This document shows positions 39,229 through 52,126 of a DNA stretch of 64,000 nt, one piece after another. The DNA is taken from positions 111,662,001 to 111,726,000 of the forward strand of contig NC_135656.1 of assembly GCF_964188315.1 (NCBI RefSeq), written 5' to 3'. The translations under genes were made by a program, and so were the position numbers. Position 1 is the first letter of the stretch. Every line of letters starts with the position of its first letter. This stretch comes from Podarcis muralis (lineage: Eukaryota). The notes under the pieces were generated by a model, which did no database searches, was not told the DNA's origin, and worked only from the letters and a program-made list of their open reading frames with translations.

Positions 39229-40597
39229 CTTGTACCCATGCTATGTAAATTCTTATTACACGACAAAATGAAACTTGAAGTCTAGTCATTCCAAAATATG
39301 CAAGAAGTTTTAGGATAGCAGTGTGCCCTCATTAGGATAACCCTGTGACCACTGACCACATTTACTCTTAGTCCCAAATGGCAGGTGGTCTGAGATGTAA
39401 TCAGTAAAACAAAAAGAACCATCTTTCACCTGGTTCCAAATCGAGGATCATATCCAAGGCCTGGCGATAGTGGGGAACTTGCTCATTGAGGCCAGTCAGG
39501 TTGAACTTGTCTTGGATGTAATCTTCATCTACCTAGAATAGAAATAAAAAATACTCAAACTCAAGATCAGCCAAATAAACTATTGTCTCTACCAAGTGAC
39601 CTATTCTGACTTCTCAGATCCCCTCAGCCTATTTGACATCTCATCCTATACTCACTCACTGGGCAGTAAGCTCCATTGAACTCAGTGGCATTGGGGGGTT
39701 TTCTGAGTAGACAAGTACAGCATTACAATGCAAGTAACTAGCTTCCTAAGATTTCCATGAACTTCCAACTAATATACAAAACTCTTCATCCTCTCAAGAA
39801 ACCCAGGAGTCCCTGTTCACTGCCAACACCCTTCCTACTACATAGTTAGGATATTTTTTTGTAGGGGGGGAATCATGCCATTTTGCTCCCAGCCTCTCTT
39901 ACTAAAACTACATGCAAACACTGTTGTTGTTTAGTTGTTTAGTCGTGTCTGACTCTTCGTGACCCCATGGACCAGAGCACGCCAGGCACTCCTGTCTTCC
40001 TCTGCCTCCTGCAGTTTGGTCAAACTCATGCTGGTAGCTTCTAGAACATTGTCCAACCATCTCGTCCTCTGTCATCCCCTTCTCCTTGTGCCCTCCATCT
40101 TTCCCAATATCAGGGTCTTTTCCAGGGAGTCTTCTCTTCTCGAGGTGGCCAAATTATTGGAGTCTCAGCTTCAGGATCTGTCCTTCCAGTGAGCACGCAG
40201 GGCTGATTTCCTTCAGAATGGAGAGGTTTGATCTTCTTGCAGTCCATGGGACTCTCAAGAGTCTCCTCCAGCACCATAATTCAAAAGCATCAATTCTTCG
40301 GCGATCAGCCTTCTTTATGGTCCAGCTCTCACTTCCATACATCACTACTAGGAAAACCATAGCTTTAACACGCAAACATACTGAGGTCTTAATCCCAACT
40401 CACCTCACAGAAGAATTCATTGCCACGCATGGAGAACGGTGGTGGCAGCATCCCAACTCCTAGCTCCCAGCCCCTCTCTCACAAAATCCACACACACATT
40501 TGTTGAGGCCTTCATCCCAACTCACCTCACAGAAGAACTCATTGCCACGCAAGCCACAGAACCAGGAAATCCAGGACACTTCCTCAGAGCTACTCAT
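34935..40597 (-). CDS. CSNK2B: Casein kinase II subunit beta, 215 aa
   Basis: Exons 40597-40526 (72 nt), 39532-39430 (103), 37631-37516 (116), 37225-37150 (76), 36832-36643 (190) and 35025-34935 (91). Translation [31 protein letters not shown] matches mammalian CK2beta and its exon sizes. AATAAA at 34771-34776; non-coding exon 1 donor near 41107. Confidence 0.98.
38735..39155 (-). mobile_element. L2-like LINE 3' fragment, second subfamily
   Basis: Reverse complement encodes ..KTELFCLAF*; 3' end ..GGGCGGGGTATAAAT. Confidence 0.6.
39922..40368 (-). mobile_element. Bov-B LINE 3' fragment in a CSNK2B intron
   Basis: Same family as the other Bov-B copies; probable TSD CA(T/C)GCAAACA. Confidence 0.9.
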
Positions 40598-41099
40598 CTT
40601 CCCGTCCTCTGTAGAAAAAAAAGGGTGCATCAACAGCCACATTTGCACAACCACTAACACACCTTCTCTTCCAGTTTAACCAGGAAACAGCTCCTTTATA
40701 AAAACACTTCTTATGCAAAGCACTTCAGTGGGTATAGAGAGTTTCAGCGCACCCTGTTCCAAGTCAGAAAACACACCCTTTCATTTCAGTGACTGCAGAC
40801 CGGTATTAGAGGAGAAGCCAACGTGTTCCCTTCTACTTGAACGGCATCTCTCTCTCTCTCTGTTAGAACTAGGGAAAAATCCCTTTGCAGACTAGTTTAA
40901 CCTCTACCCATGCCCTGCCCTTCTGCACAGAATTGTGAGAACAACACAACTCTTCCTTCCCTTGCTTTCTTGTTTTCTTTCTTTTTTTGCCTATGGCAGG
41001 CTCCCAAACGCCCTCCCTTAATCTTGCAGGGCCGTCTCCGTTGCCTAAAATTCCTCCCCTCTACTTTCTGGAGAGTAACCTCCTAAATATATGTCTCAA

Positions 41100-41780
41100 T
41101 AACTCACCTCAGGGGGCTCAATTGCCTCAAGGAGAGGAACACGGGGTGCAAACAAGCTTTGGACCGCTAAGGCCTCTGCCAGTTTCCACCGCGCACGCGC
41201 CACTCTCACTGATGAAAGAGCATCACGGGACAGTAGTACTTCAGAATAAGGCTGGAGTTAGCAAACAAGATAGAGGAAACTACAAGTCCTAGAGTGCAGC
41301 CGCGAAGGAAATGGCAAGCACGTTCTGGGCCGCGGAGCACACTGGGATTTGTAGTCCAAAAGCCCTTTAAGACGCTGCGCCTTTGAGAAGAACAGGTTTA
41401 GGTGGAGTGGTCCAAGACGATCAGTGAGAGGCGTCTAGGTAGACGGGATGTAAAGTTTGCCTCTGCCGCGCTAACCTTTAACGAATGCAGTATGGTAAAT
41501 ATGGTCAAATACTATTTCAATTTAAAAGGAGACAGGAGTAGGAGAGTTCCTAAAGAATTGTCATGAGCGCTTGAGACGGAAGCCTCCTTGGTCAGATAAA
41601 CTTGCCATAACTGAAATAGCAGCCCGAAGCTCCGAGAAACTTGATTTGTACGGGAAAGACGGCTCATGGATCCCCTACCACGAGCTAGGTACCGATTCAG
41701 AATTGAAGCGGTAGCTGCAGCTTTCTCTTACAAAGCGAGGAAAAAGAGGGCGGCTATCAGGCGCGCATCACGGTGACTTC
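41100..41780 (-). promoter_or_regulatory. CSNK2B proximal promoter/first exon (CpG-enriched)
   Basis: Donor GAG|GTGAGTT at 41107; two opposed ACTACAA.TCC motifs at 41279-41297 and 41342-41355. Confidence 0.6.
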
Positions 41781-44479
41781 AGATTTTAACCATCCTCATG
41801 AGGTTTTGGTCATCAGCATACAAATGGGATCTACTCTTCCAGGTCTCCCACCTGTGGTTCCTCCTCATTTGCTTGCAATGACATCATCATTCATTAATGC
41901 ATATTTAGCAGGAGACAAGAGTTTGAAAAAGAATTTGGTGATTGCAGCAGTTTGCAGGTGTGGGCCCTCCTGCTGGCAAGATGGGGCAACTGCAGTAAAG
42001 TGCTTGCTTCTTTCTGTACTGCATATGTTATCATTTACTTTACAGTTCAATCTCTAAAACATGTTTCCTTGTATTTAGTCCCATGGAGTACAGTGGGACT
42101 TACTCCCAGGTAAATGCATATAGGTTTGCAGCCCTAATGCAGGATATATCAGCAGGTCCAGACCAACTGAAAAATCCTGATGGGTTTGCTGATGTCTTTT
42201 AATGTACATTTTAAAATACTCACTAAATAAGTGCAGGACAGACTTTAGGCTTGTGAGTTTGGGATCAACCTTGTGATTTACTAGGAACCCAAGAGTCACC
42301 AACTGCAGCCATTCTTTTAAGCAGCTTGGCTTGTTGTTGTTGTTGTTGCAGCACCATCCTCAAATGTTTTCATATATAAATACTTAATACATTTAGAGCT
42401 GCAGTTATATAGCTACGTCTAGGAGCAAGTTCTATTGAACCCTATAGGGATGACATCAGAGGAGACAAGTATAGGATTGTGCTGGCACTTCCCACTCAAA
42501 ATTTAAATTAAGTTAAAGAAAACTGTTTAGCTTAGCTTTCAACATAAGCCTCCAGAATTCTCTTCAACTGGAAGTGATAGGGCCAAGTCATTTCTATGAG
42601 GGCAGTGCTTGAATTGGGGGGTGGGAGAGTTGGGGGGTACCAATGAAATCCACAAATCACATCTCCTGACGTCCTCCCTCACAACTTTAGTCATATCACT
42701 CCCATAATTTTCTAAAAATTGTAGCTAAAGGGGCAGTCACAAAAGGAAAGTGGGTGATCCCCCTATAATTCACAAACTACATGAAGAGAAACTAGATTCA
42801 TTTCCCACTATCCAGTGCAGGCCTCCCATCCACAGTAATTTACCATCCCTGATGCTGGTGCTGCTTCGCCGACTCATTCTGTCTGCAGTGCCCGTTCTCA
42901 ACATGGCTGTCATTTTAGGTTTTCTCTTAATTAGCCATGCCTGTTCAATGGATATAAATATATAAAGATCAGCATTTATTTTATATATAAATATAATATT
43001 TTTCTACCTCACTCTACAGCAAAAATGGTTGCCAGATCAGCTTATAGAGCATGACAGCCACTTCTCCCAGGTTTACAATCTAAGAGGCAGGTACAAAAGG
43101 GAAAAAAGGGGAAAGGGAGGAGGACAAGTAACTTTGGCCAATTGTTCAAGTTATATGATAGTGCTTATAATAACCAACTGAAATGGAAATTTGGATTTTC
43201 CAAGGACAAACTTCCCTTTCCCCTTCTGAACCACTTGGCAAGATAACTGGCATAGTAATAATTAAGCCTAAACCAAATGACTAAATACTTAGGTCACTTG
43301 GGAAGTTCTGTTCCGACCAGTTCCTTCATCAGTCACCACAGCCTTTTTACAAAGAACTTATGTAACTGAAATTTTTCTCTTATGGTTAGCTGCCTTGAGT
43401 TCCTGTTATTATGCAGAAAGTGGGGGGTGTCAGTCAATGTTTTATATAAATAATTGTTGCATTCTACCACCTTACCCTTCTTTAATTAATAGTTAATATC
43501 ACTGTAACATGTTTGATAATTTTGGTTCACTTTCAGTGCAACATTTGTCTGAATTAGTTCAGTTTTAAATTTTACTTTTACCACATGTCTGCCTAAATCT
43601 TGATTACTGAAATGGTCTGTTGGATGCTTTTTAAGAGTCTTCTTTTTTTTTAAGTACAATCCTGCATCCACACCCACACACCCCAATATGGATGGCATGG
43701 GGAACTGGATGGCATGTAGCCACCTCTCTGCCAGCCTGTATTAGTGAGGAGGATGGACACTGGTTGGAGGGTGGCTTCCCATAGCTGAGACGTCCATTCT
43801 GGTGGGAAGCTGTTGCTGGTAGTTTTAGGCGGAGACAATTATGACTCTGGATCCAAAGCCGCAGAGATCACCCCCAGCTATACCAGCCTGGCATCCACAC
43901 GCACAGCAAATAATAATAAATGCCACCCCACCTTCCGCAGGGGTTGGGATGTGTCGAAGAATTTGCTGTCTTGCTCCGATACTTCCCGTTTGGATTGCTG
44001 TTCATTTGTTGCAAGGAACTTTGACGTTTTTTACCGGCTACAAACTCACTTTAAGGGTGATAACACTAGAAAAGGATGTATATAGATCAGCCTTAATTGG
44101 GTTTATTTGCGTATCATCCCCTTTCTGGCAAAGTGGGTTTGCGACAGATACAGAACCTGACTAAGGCTGCAATCCTAACTCCTGTTTCCTGGATTCAAAA
44201 GCCTTTGAATTCAGCAGGAATTATTTCTGAACAGACATAGGCCTCACAGTAAAATTAAGTTATGAGCAACTAATGCCCGCCCGCCCCTTTCCACTCACTC
44301 AACACAGGGCGAGGGCAAAAGGGCAAATTCTTCGTGAAAAATAAAATAAAATGTAATACCAACACATTCGCAAGTCGCTTGGGAATGCTGTTTCTCACAA
44401 GTCTAGTGGGGCAGGGTGCCTATTTTCTAATTTTCATTAATATGGTCCCTTTTCTTTTTCTTTTTAAAAAACAGTTTAC

Positions 44480-45130
44480 TCTCCAGAAAACGCAGGAGCT
44501 ATGAGGGAAGAGCGAGCCTGCAGTATGCAAATTGGGTTAACCGTTAACTGCCGCGGCGCGAAAACGCTTGGCACGTGACTGCGCCTTGCGCCGGAAAAGG
44601 CGGGAAAGCGCGCCAGGCACCAGTCCGCGAGAACAACCGCCGCCGCCAACCTCCTAGGAGCAGACAGCGCATGCGTCTCCATTGCGACAGCGGGGCGCTC
44701 CCTCCGACACCCTACTGCGCAGGCGTCAGGTAAAGGGAAGGCTGCTTTAACCCTGCGTAAACAGGCAACTTTGTATCCGCTCGCCAGCTGCTGCTAAACA
44801 GACCCAACTTTCTCTAAGGTATATGCTTCTACGCCTGCGCGCTTTATCCCCCCCTTCCCCGGCGCCCCAGCTTGGCACATGCGCGTTACAAGCCTTTGCC
44901 AAGAACTCTGTGAGCGGCGCCATAGAGATTGTTTTGGAAAGCGTAGAGTGACCCGCCGCCTGAATTTCCGGTAAAGGAGAACTGGGTGAGTGTTTTCCTG
45001 GGTGGTAAGGAAAGGCCCGGGTCGGTAGGGCTTGTGTTGGGCTTCCCAGAGGCTGGGGGGGAGAGAGCAGCCCCCCACCTCGCACCCCCATTCCTGCTTC
45101 GGGGGTGGAGGGAGACCTTGGCTTGATTTC
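44480..45130 (+). promoter_or_regulatory. CpG island/GPANK1 promoter and non-coding first exon
   Basis: CpG-rich with GCGCATGCG (NRF1-like) at about 44668; donor GTGAGT at 44986; acceptor at 47046-47047 upstream of the GPANK1 ATG. Confidence 0.6.
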
Positions 45131-45381
45131 CTTCGCCCAGGGATCTGGGTGAAGCTCTGGAGAAGGCCCGACGTTCACCCCCCCCCCGCATCTCTAGGTT
45201 AAAATAGGTTAAAAATGTACACATTTTTATGTGTACACACCACATACATTTAAAGCAAACACACACGCGCAAATCCTGGGAACTCTTTTCTTAAGGGTGC
45301 TGGGAATTGTAGTTCAGCGGGGTGTGAACTATAGTTCCCAGGGTTCAGGAGGCTGCGGGTGGGAAGGTCCTCAGTGTATAT

Positions 45382-45630
45382 CAGGGGTCAGCAGACTTTT
45401 TCAGCAAGGGGCCGGTCCACTGTCCCTCAAACCTTGTGGGGGGCCGGACTATATTTTGGAGGGGAAATGAACGAATTCCTATGCCCCACAAATAACCCAG
45501 AGATGCATTTTAAGTAAAATGACACATTCTACTCACGTAAAAACACGCTGATTCCCAGACCATCCGCGGGCTGGATTTAGAAAGTGATTGGGCCAGATCC
45601 AGCCCCCGGGCCTTAGTTTGCCTACCCATG
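45382..45630. mobile_element. hAT MITE
   Basis: Imperfect TIRs CAGGGGTCAGCAGAC / GTTTGCCTACCCATG; perfect 8-bp TSD GTGTATAT. Confidence 0.85.
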
Positions 45631-45827
45631 GTGTATATACACAGCCAAGGGTTAGGTTGGAGGTGAGGGAGCGGCCTGAGATCCTCAAGAGATTCTCACA
45701 CCCAGGTTCCTGTTTTCCCGTTCCTGCCACCCTTCCTACTTCTCTGGGCCTGACTGTCTTATTTCTGGCGAGTTTTTCCCAAAGTTGGTTTCATTTCTTC
45801 GGCGCTTCCTCCCAAACGCTGAATGCG

Positions 45828-45978
45828 GGAGGTGGCAGGCTCTCCTTCCTCGGTGGCTTTGAAGCAGAGGTTGGAGGCCCATCTGTCACGGACGCTCCCG
45901 CCGAGATTCCTGCACCGCAGGGGGGTTGGACTAGATGACCCTGGGGGTTCCCCTTCCAACTCTGTGATTCTGTGATTC
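45828..45978 (+). mobile_element. CR1 LINE 3' end
   Basis: GGGTTGGACTAGATGACC..CCCTTCCAACTCTGTGATTCTGTGATTCT terminus. Confidence 0.8.
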
Positions 45979-47104
45979 TCTCCAACCTGCTTCTGCAAGT
46001 TTTCTCAAGCAGAGCTTCGGTTGCTGATCTGTAACACTAAGGATACCTGGTTGAACAACAGAGAACACAGTATCTGATGTAGTGTTCAGCATCCTGAGAC
46101 TCTTTGTGGGGGTTTTAAAAAGTCGGTTTCTAACCATTATGCTTATGGAAACAGGCTTGAAATTATGTTGGTGGGTGACAGCTTAGAAGTTAGAGTAGTC
46201 TTAAACAGGATTTCAGGTAGCTGGAGAGAAGATCCATCATTGTCCTTCCTGACTCTTTGCATTTCCTAGCCATGCCTAACAAAATGAACTATACAAAATA
46301 AGCAGTTTCGTGCAAATTTGATTTGAGCTATTGGCCTGGTTTGGATAACTGTTTGAAGCCCCATAAACCATGGTTTGTGAAACCATAGAAGAGTGTATGG
46401 GCCAAAGCACCCTCTGCTCATTCCTCTTCTCTTCGTCTTCTATTGCATATTGTCTTTAATGTGAACTGAGAGCTCTGGTTTAAACCCTCAGCCCAAGCAC
46501 TCATTCACAGCTTCATAAACCATGGTTTATGAAACAATGGAACAGTTGTCCAAACCATGCCATTGTATTACAGAACTGAGCTTTTATTAAAGTTTGGCTT
46601 TCTAGCACAGAATACAAGATGCACTTATTCAACAACAACAAAAACCTGATTTTTTAAAAAAAAAATAGAGGTGAAATCTTATGATTTTCTACAGATAAAC
46701 AACTGGAGCAAGTATTTATATTTTATTTTATTTTTCATAACTTATTTGGGTTTTGCCAGTCAGAGAGAGGGGCAAGGAACTATGCAGAGCACTGAAGACC
46801 CCACCCCCCACTCAACCACTGGAAATCTTGCTCTGCCATATTTCTCTGGCTTCAGACATTTCAGCGGCCATTTGTGTGCATGCTTTAAAGCATGTTTTCA
46901 CAAGCCAAATGCACTAGAAATTTCACTTTTCGGAAACATGGATTCCTAGGTAGTTGCTGCAAAATCATTGCACACATTCAGCCTTTATTACTTACCAAAA
47001 AAAGGGTCTTGGCATAACATGTAATTCTCTGACTCTTCTTTCAACAGGCTGCGAAGTTCCAGGTTGCAGTTTTGGCTTTATAACCAGAGCCAGCCTCTTC
47101 CAAC

Positions 47105-48969
47105 ATGAACCACGGTCCTCAGCTGATTGCTTTTACTCGTGCCCAGGAGGAATCAGATCTCTGGAGAGATGGGCATGTCCAGAAAAAAAGCTGCAGAGGC
47201 TCCCGTCTTGCTGGCCAGGAGGAAGGGAAAACAGCGGGTGAGGCAGCTCGCAGCTTCTATGAGAGCCTTTTGGAAGCTCCAGCTAATCCTGCGAGACCCT
47301 CACATAGGAAGCGAAAGGCGCCTTGCGTACGCCACCGACCTGCGCAAGAGCTTCATCCCGTCCAGAACCACCTGGGACCAACAAGTAGCCGCACAGGGAA
47401 CAAGTTCCTGAAAGCCGCCCAGGATGGCGACCTGAAATCTCTGCGGACGCTGGCGGAGAAGGAAGGGTGTGATGTGAACTATAGAGACGATTATTATTGG
47501 ACAGCGATTATGTGTGCAGCTTACGCTGGACGGGTGGAGGCTGTGAGATATCTCCTGAGCCGCGGCGCTGCCTGGGTAGGGGTCTGTGAACCCCAAGGCC
47601 GGGATGCTATGGATTTGGCTGAGGAGGCAGGACACCAGGATGTGGTGGATGCCCTACGGGAGAGTGAAAGGCCACAGGTGAAGGAGGAACCCTCCAGGTG
47701 AGCTTCCTTGTTCCTGAGAATTCAGCTAGGGCTCCTTTGGGAGGAAGAGCAGGATATAAATGTAATAAACTAAATATCCAGTTACTGTCTGGAGAAGAAA
47801 GCCTCTGAATGGGTTTGCTTTTAAATGCTGCTTCGGACTATTCCAGAAACCTAGGGATACCTGCCAATAAAACTGTCAGTTTTGAGAGATTCCCATCCAC
47901 TTAAGACACTTCAACTGACCATCAGTTGTGAACATGGAAAGATCTCCCAGAGCAGCAGTAGTCAATATGTGGCTGGAATACCAACTCCCAGTATCCTTAT
48001 CCAGTGGTTCTTGATGGCTGGGGCTGATGGGGGTTAGAGTCCAAAAGCATCTGGAGGGGGCACCATATTGGCTACCCCTGCTATAGAAGACCATTCCCTG
48101 CCACAAACCGTGCACCCCCTTCCTAGCATATCCAGGCCCTACATCCTTCTTCCCACATCTAGGCCCCAAATCACTAGAAGAGCTTGGGTGGAGCTAACCC
48201 TCTTGACTTGGGTTTGCATTTGTGTTGTTTTAAAACTTCTCTCAATTGGTGTTTTTTATTGTTTTTTCTGTATGCTTGTAAATGTGGGAAAGAGGATTCA
48301 TAAATGATGATGATGATATTTTCATCCAGGCAGCACAGACACAGTAGGTAGGCACTCCCTTTTTTCCCTTTCTTTCTCAGGAGAAGTCTGTATTTGTGTT
48401 TCTTCCTCACTGTTCCCCTGTATGACGCTCTTTGAGGGTTACTACAGTCACAGTTTGTGTGAATGCGGCTTGCCTATTTCCGGTGTAATTTTCCTTTGTT
48501 CTCCAGTCCGCAGCCACCAGCCGAGAGGAACTACTGTGCCGTGTGCCGGACGCACTACAGCGAGGACACAGTGGCGTTGCACGAGCGCTCCACTGCTCAC
48601 CTCTTCAACCGGCGCGACCCACTGCCCCCCACACGCTATCACATCCCAGAGAACAACGTGGGCTTCCGGCTAATGGTCAAGGGAGGTTGGGATCAGGAAG
48701 CTGGCTTGGGGCCTGAGGGCACTGGTCGCAAATTCCCGATCCAGACTGTCCTCAAGCGAGATCAGAAAGGCCTGGGCTTCTGCAGCGACCTCAGACCCAA
48801 AGTCACCCACTTTGACGCCAATGACTCCAGTGCAGTGGAGAGGCCCGTAGAGCAGAGGCCCAGGAAGGAAAGAGCAGCAACGGTGGGGAAACGAGAAGCG
48901 CGCCGCAGAGAGGCCAAGGCCGAAGCTTGGGAACGCAACCTCCGTACTTACATGAACCTTGATATTTGA
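47105..48969 (+). CDS. GPANK1: G-patch domain and ankyrin repeat-containing protein 1, 351 aa
   Basis: Exons 47105-47697 and 48507-48969 (phase 2). Ankyrin repeats (FLKAAQDGDL..WTAIMCAAYAG..RGAAWVGVCE), G-patch (GFRLMVKGGW..GLGPEGTGR..LKRDQKGLG) and C-terminus AWERNLRTYMNL. Confidence 0.96.
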
Positions 48970-49639
48970 ACTCTTATTGGTTAGAGGAGCTGTCTACATA
49001 ACCACTCGTTCTCCTTCTGGCCCAATCGGAGAGACAGGACAATGTTGTAAAGGGGAAAGGTCTGCTGAAGGAATGTACAAGGAGCTGCTGGCAGCTGGTA
49101 GGCAGTAGCCAAAGTGGGTAACCCAGAAAAATAAACGTGGAGTTTCCCATGTGTCGCACTAGGCCATAACACACTCAGGCATCCTTGGACCACCCAGGTA
49201 AACAGGCCCAAAGGTCAGAAAAGGCTCTTGGCTTCCTTTCAGGATCCCCAAGGGAGGCAGAAGATGAAAATCTCTCTGTTTTTCCTCCTTTCCCCGGAGA
49301 TCTGTTAGCAAACAAAATGTTAGCTTTCGCTCTGCACAGTCATTGGTGTTCATTGGGCAGGGCTATGTGTACTCTTATGCTGGGAAGAAAAATAGAATTA
49401 TTTGCCAACAGTGTTCCAGAACTCGCCTCGCGAAAGAGCTGAATTTATGTAGCTTATAGAAACTATTCAAATTAAATTACCTTATGCAGAAATGTTTGTC
49501 ATTTTGCATGCATTATTCTCCGTGACGGACATTGAGCTATGAAGGGCATGGAAGCCCCAGTCCCTGGGCATCTAACCCATTCCTGCCCCCAAGCCCTCTT
49601 AGGTCCCAGAGGGCATTTCTCATGCGTTTTCAGTATATA

Positions 49640-49730
49640 TCATAGAATCATAGATTTGGAAGGAACCCAAGGGTCATCTAGTCCAACCCCCTGCAATGCA
49701 GGAATCCCAGCTGAAAGATCCATGACAGAT
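49640..49730 (-). mobile_element. CR1 LINE 3' end
   Basis: CATAGAATCATAGA..GGTCATCTAGTCCAACCCC. Confidence 0.75.
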
Positions 49731-50042
49731 ATTACAGCCATAAGGGGACTTGACTTTTAAAAGATTTTCCTCAGGAAGCTGGATCCTGCACGGTAACTTT
49801 TTCATTGACTCCATGGAGTCTCTATGTATTGTCTTGTCCAGGGGAAGTCCCCCCCGGGCTACTCCAGACATGGCAATACTTGTGGTGGCTGAGCTCTTGG
49901 GTGAAGAGAGTTGTGCTTCTCCAGTTCCCTTGCACATAATTTGAAGGTGTGCTGCAATTTGATCCTGTACCAACAAATGGGGCAAGCTCCAAGACAGTCA
50001 AAAGCACAAGCAACTTGTCTTTTGCAACTCTTGCTGTGCGCG

Positions 50043-50099
<57 letters not shown>

Positions 50100-51149
50100 T
50101 GTGTCCATCCATCCGTCCCCTGGCTGCCCTTCCCCTGAGAGCTACACCCTGGATACCTGTTAGCCTTTCCCTAGCTACAAAAACATGGGAAACAAATAAG
50201 TATATACTGGAGACAAAACAGCAAAATAACAGGTTGAACAGCTGCTCGGGTCATGACTCATTCAGCACTTGCTCAGTGCACCAGGAGGAGAAAGATCTGA
50301 GCTCCAACCTCTGAGGGGTGAGTTATTGAGCCTCCCAACATACCTCCACACAAAGTAGGACTATAGCAAGGAGGCAGGACTGGCAGCCCAGATTGGTGCA
50401 GTATGTGTGTGTGTATGAATGAATGAATGAATGAATGATAAACGTAAGGAGGCAGGAGGGAAAGGATGGAAGAAGATGGGCGTTTTCTTTTGTCCATGAT
50501 AGGTGAGATGGTATTAGATGTAGGAGATATGTAATCAAAAACATGGGATCCAATAAAGGATGATCTTACCTTGTCTAAAATAAGACATCTCCGACAGATG
50601 TGTGGCCAGCCTTTTCTAGAAACATTACAGGAGGTTCCACAGCCCCTGGAGGCATTTTGTTTCAGTGCTGAACTGCTTGTGTTTGGAAGTATTGCCTTAC
50701 TAAGGGTATAGGAAGAGGCCCTGCAAGATCAGGCCAAAGACCCATCTAGTTTAGCATCGTGTTCTCGCAGTAGCCGACCAGATACCAGGCAGGACCTGAA
50801 TGCAGCAGTACACTCTCTCCTGCTGTATTCCCAGCAGCCACACTGGAGGTAAGATAGCCATTATCACTAGCAGCCACTGATATCATTATTCTCTGTGAAT
50901 TTGTCTAATCTTACCAAGCTGCACCACTCTGACACTTTCTTTACAATTCGTTGCCCCAGCCCTCTTTCCTCACTGTTCAATGTTGCGCTTTACTACTCAT
51001 TGATTCTGTTCGAAGGGGCTTATTCCCAGGTAAATGTGTGTAAGATTGCAGCCTCCAGCATCTTTTAATTGAACTATTAATGTTTTAATTTATTAACTGT
51101 CCTTCACCTTAAGGTCTCAGGGCAGGTTACAACGATTAAAGCCCTAAAC

Positions 51150-51489
51150 AACCTCAGCCCGGTATACCTGAAGGGGGGTCTCCATCCCCTTCGTTCAACC
51201 TGGACACTGAAGTCCAGTGCCAAGGGCCTTCTGGCGGTTCCCTCACTGCGAGAAGTGAGGTTACAGGGAAGCAGGCAGAGGGCCTTCTCGGTAGTGGCGC
51301 CCGCCCTGTGGAACACCCATCAGATGTCAAGGAAATAAACAAGTACCTGACTTTTAGAAAATATCTAAAGGCAGCCCTGTTTAGGGAAGTTTTTAATGTT
51401 TGATGTTTTATCGTGTTTTTAGTATTATGTTGGGAGCTGTGCAGAGTGGCTGGGGAAACCCAGCCAGATGGGCAGGGTATAAATAATAA

Positions 51490-51546
<57 letters not shown>
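51150..51546 (+). mobile_element. L2 LINE 3' fragment
   Basis: Same family; (ATT)n tail. Confidence 0.85.
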
Positions 51547-51548
<2 letters not shown>

Positions 51549-52126
51549 AATACAACATTAAAAGTGGTTTAAAACAACTTTGTCACACCTCCGGTGACAA
51601 AGGCCAGAGGAAAGAGGTGTGTGTTCATCATTAGCTGAAAGCTAGAGTGAAGGAAAGGCATGCCACAACTTAGGGGCTGCCACAGAGAAGGCCTTCCCCT
51701 GGGCCACAGCCACCCTGAGTTGAGCGTAGCAGAACTACCAAGAGGGCCCCCTTTGACAATATGAACACTGGCAGGGTTCGTAGGGAAGGAGGCTCTCAGA
51801 AAACCTCACCATTGTCTTTTCCGAAAACCAAGCAATGCCTTTAGACTCCCTTAGTGGACTTGCCTTTGAGATGCGGCACCTTTCAAATATGTAATACATT
51901 TGTTAAGCTGTGGACCAGAGTCTACTTCCTCAGATGTGTAGATGTTATCCTGAGTTGTCAGATGTATTATAATTATATGAATAGGCCTAGAGAGAGAAAA
52001 TGTGAGCAGTGAAGTCAGAGGGATATGAAAGGCAGACTCTGAAAATTGCGTAGAAGTAAATAATGGAAACTATATGCCTAGCAGTGTTGACAACACAGGG
52101 CCACAGGTTCCCCATCCCTGACAGAA

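Noticed and set aside
41370-41780. Structured ncRNA upstream of CSNK2B
   Set aside because: No recognisable snRNA, snoRNA, 7SK or RNase P motifs; more simply promoter sequence.
49674-50112. Minus-strand ORFs with a hydrophobic stretch (possible LY6/APOM signal exon)
   Set aside because: No LY6 cysteine pattern, lipocalin motif or phase-compatible partner exons; one end runs into CR1 and the other into a microsatellite.
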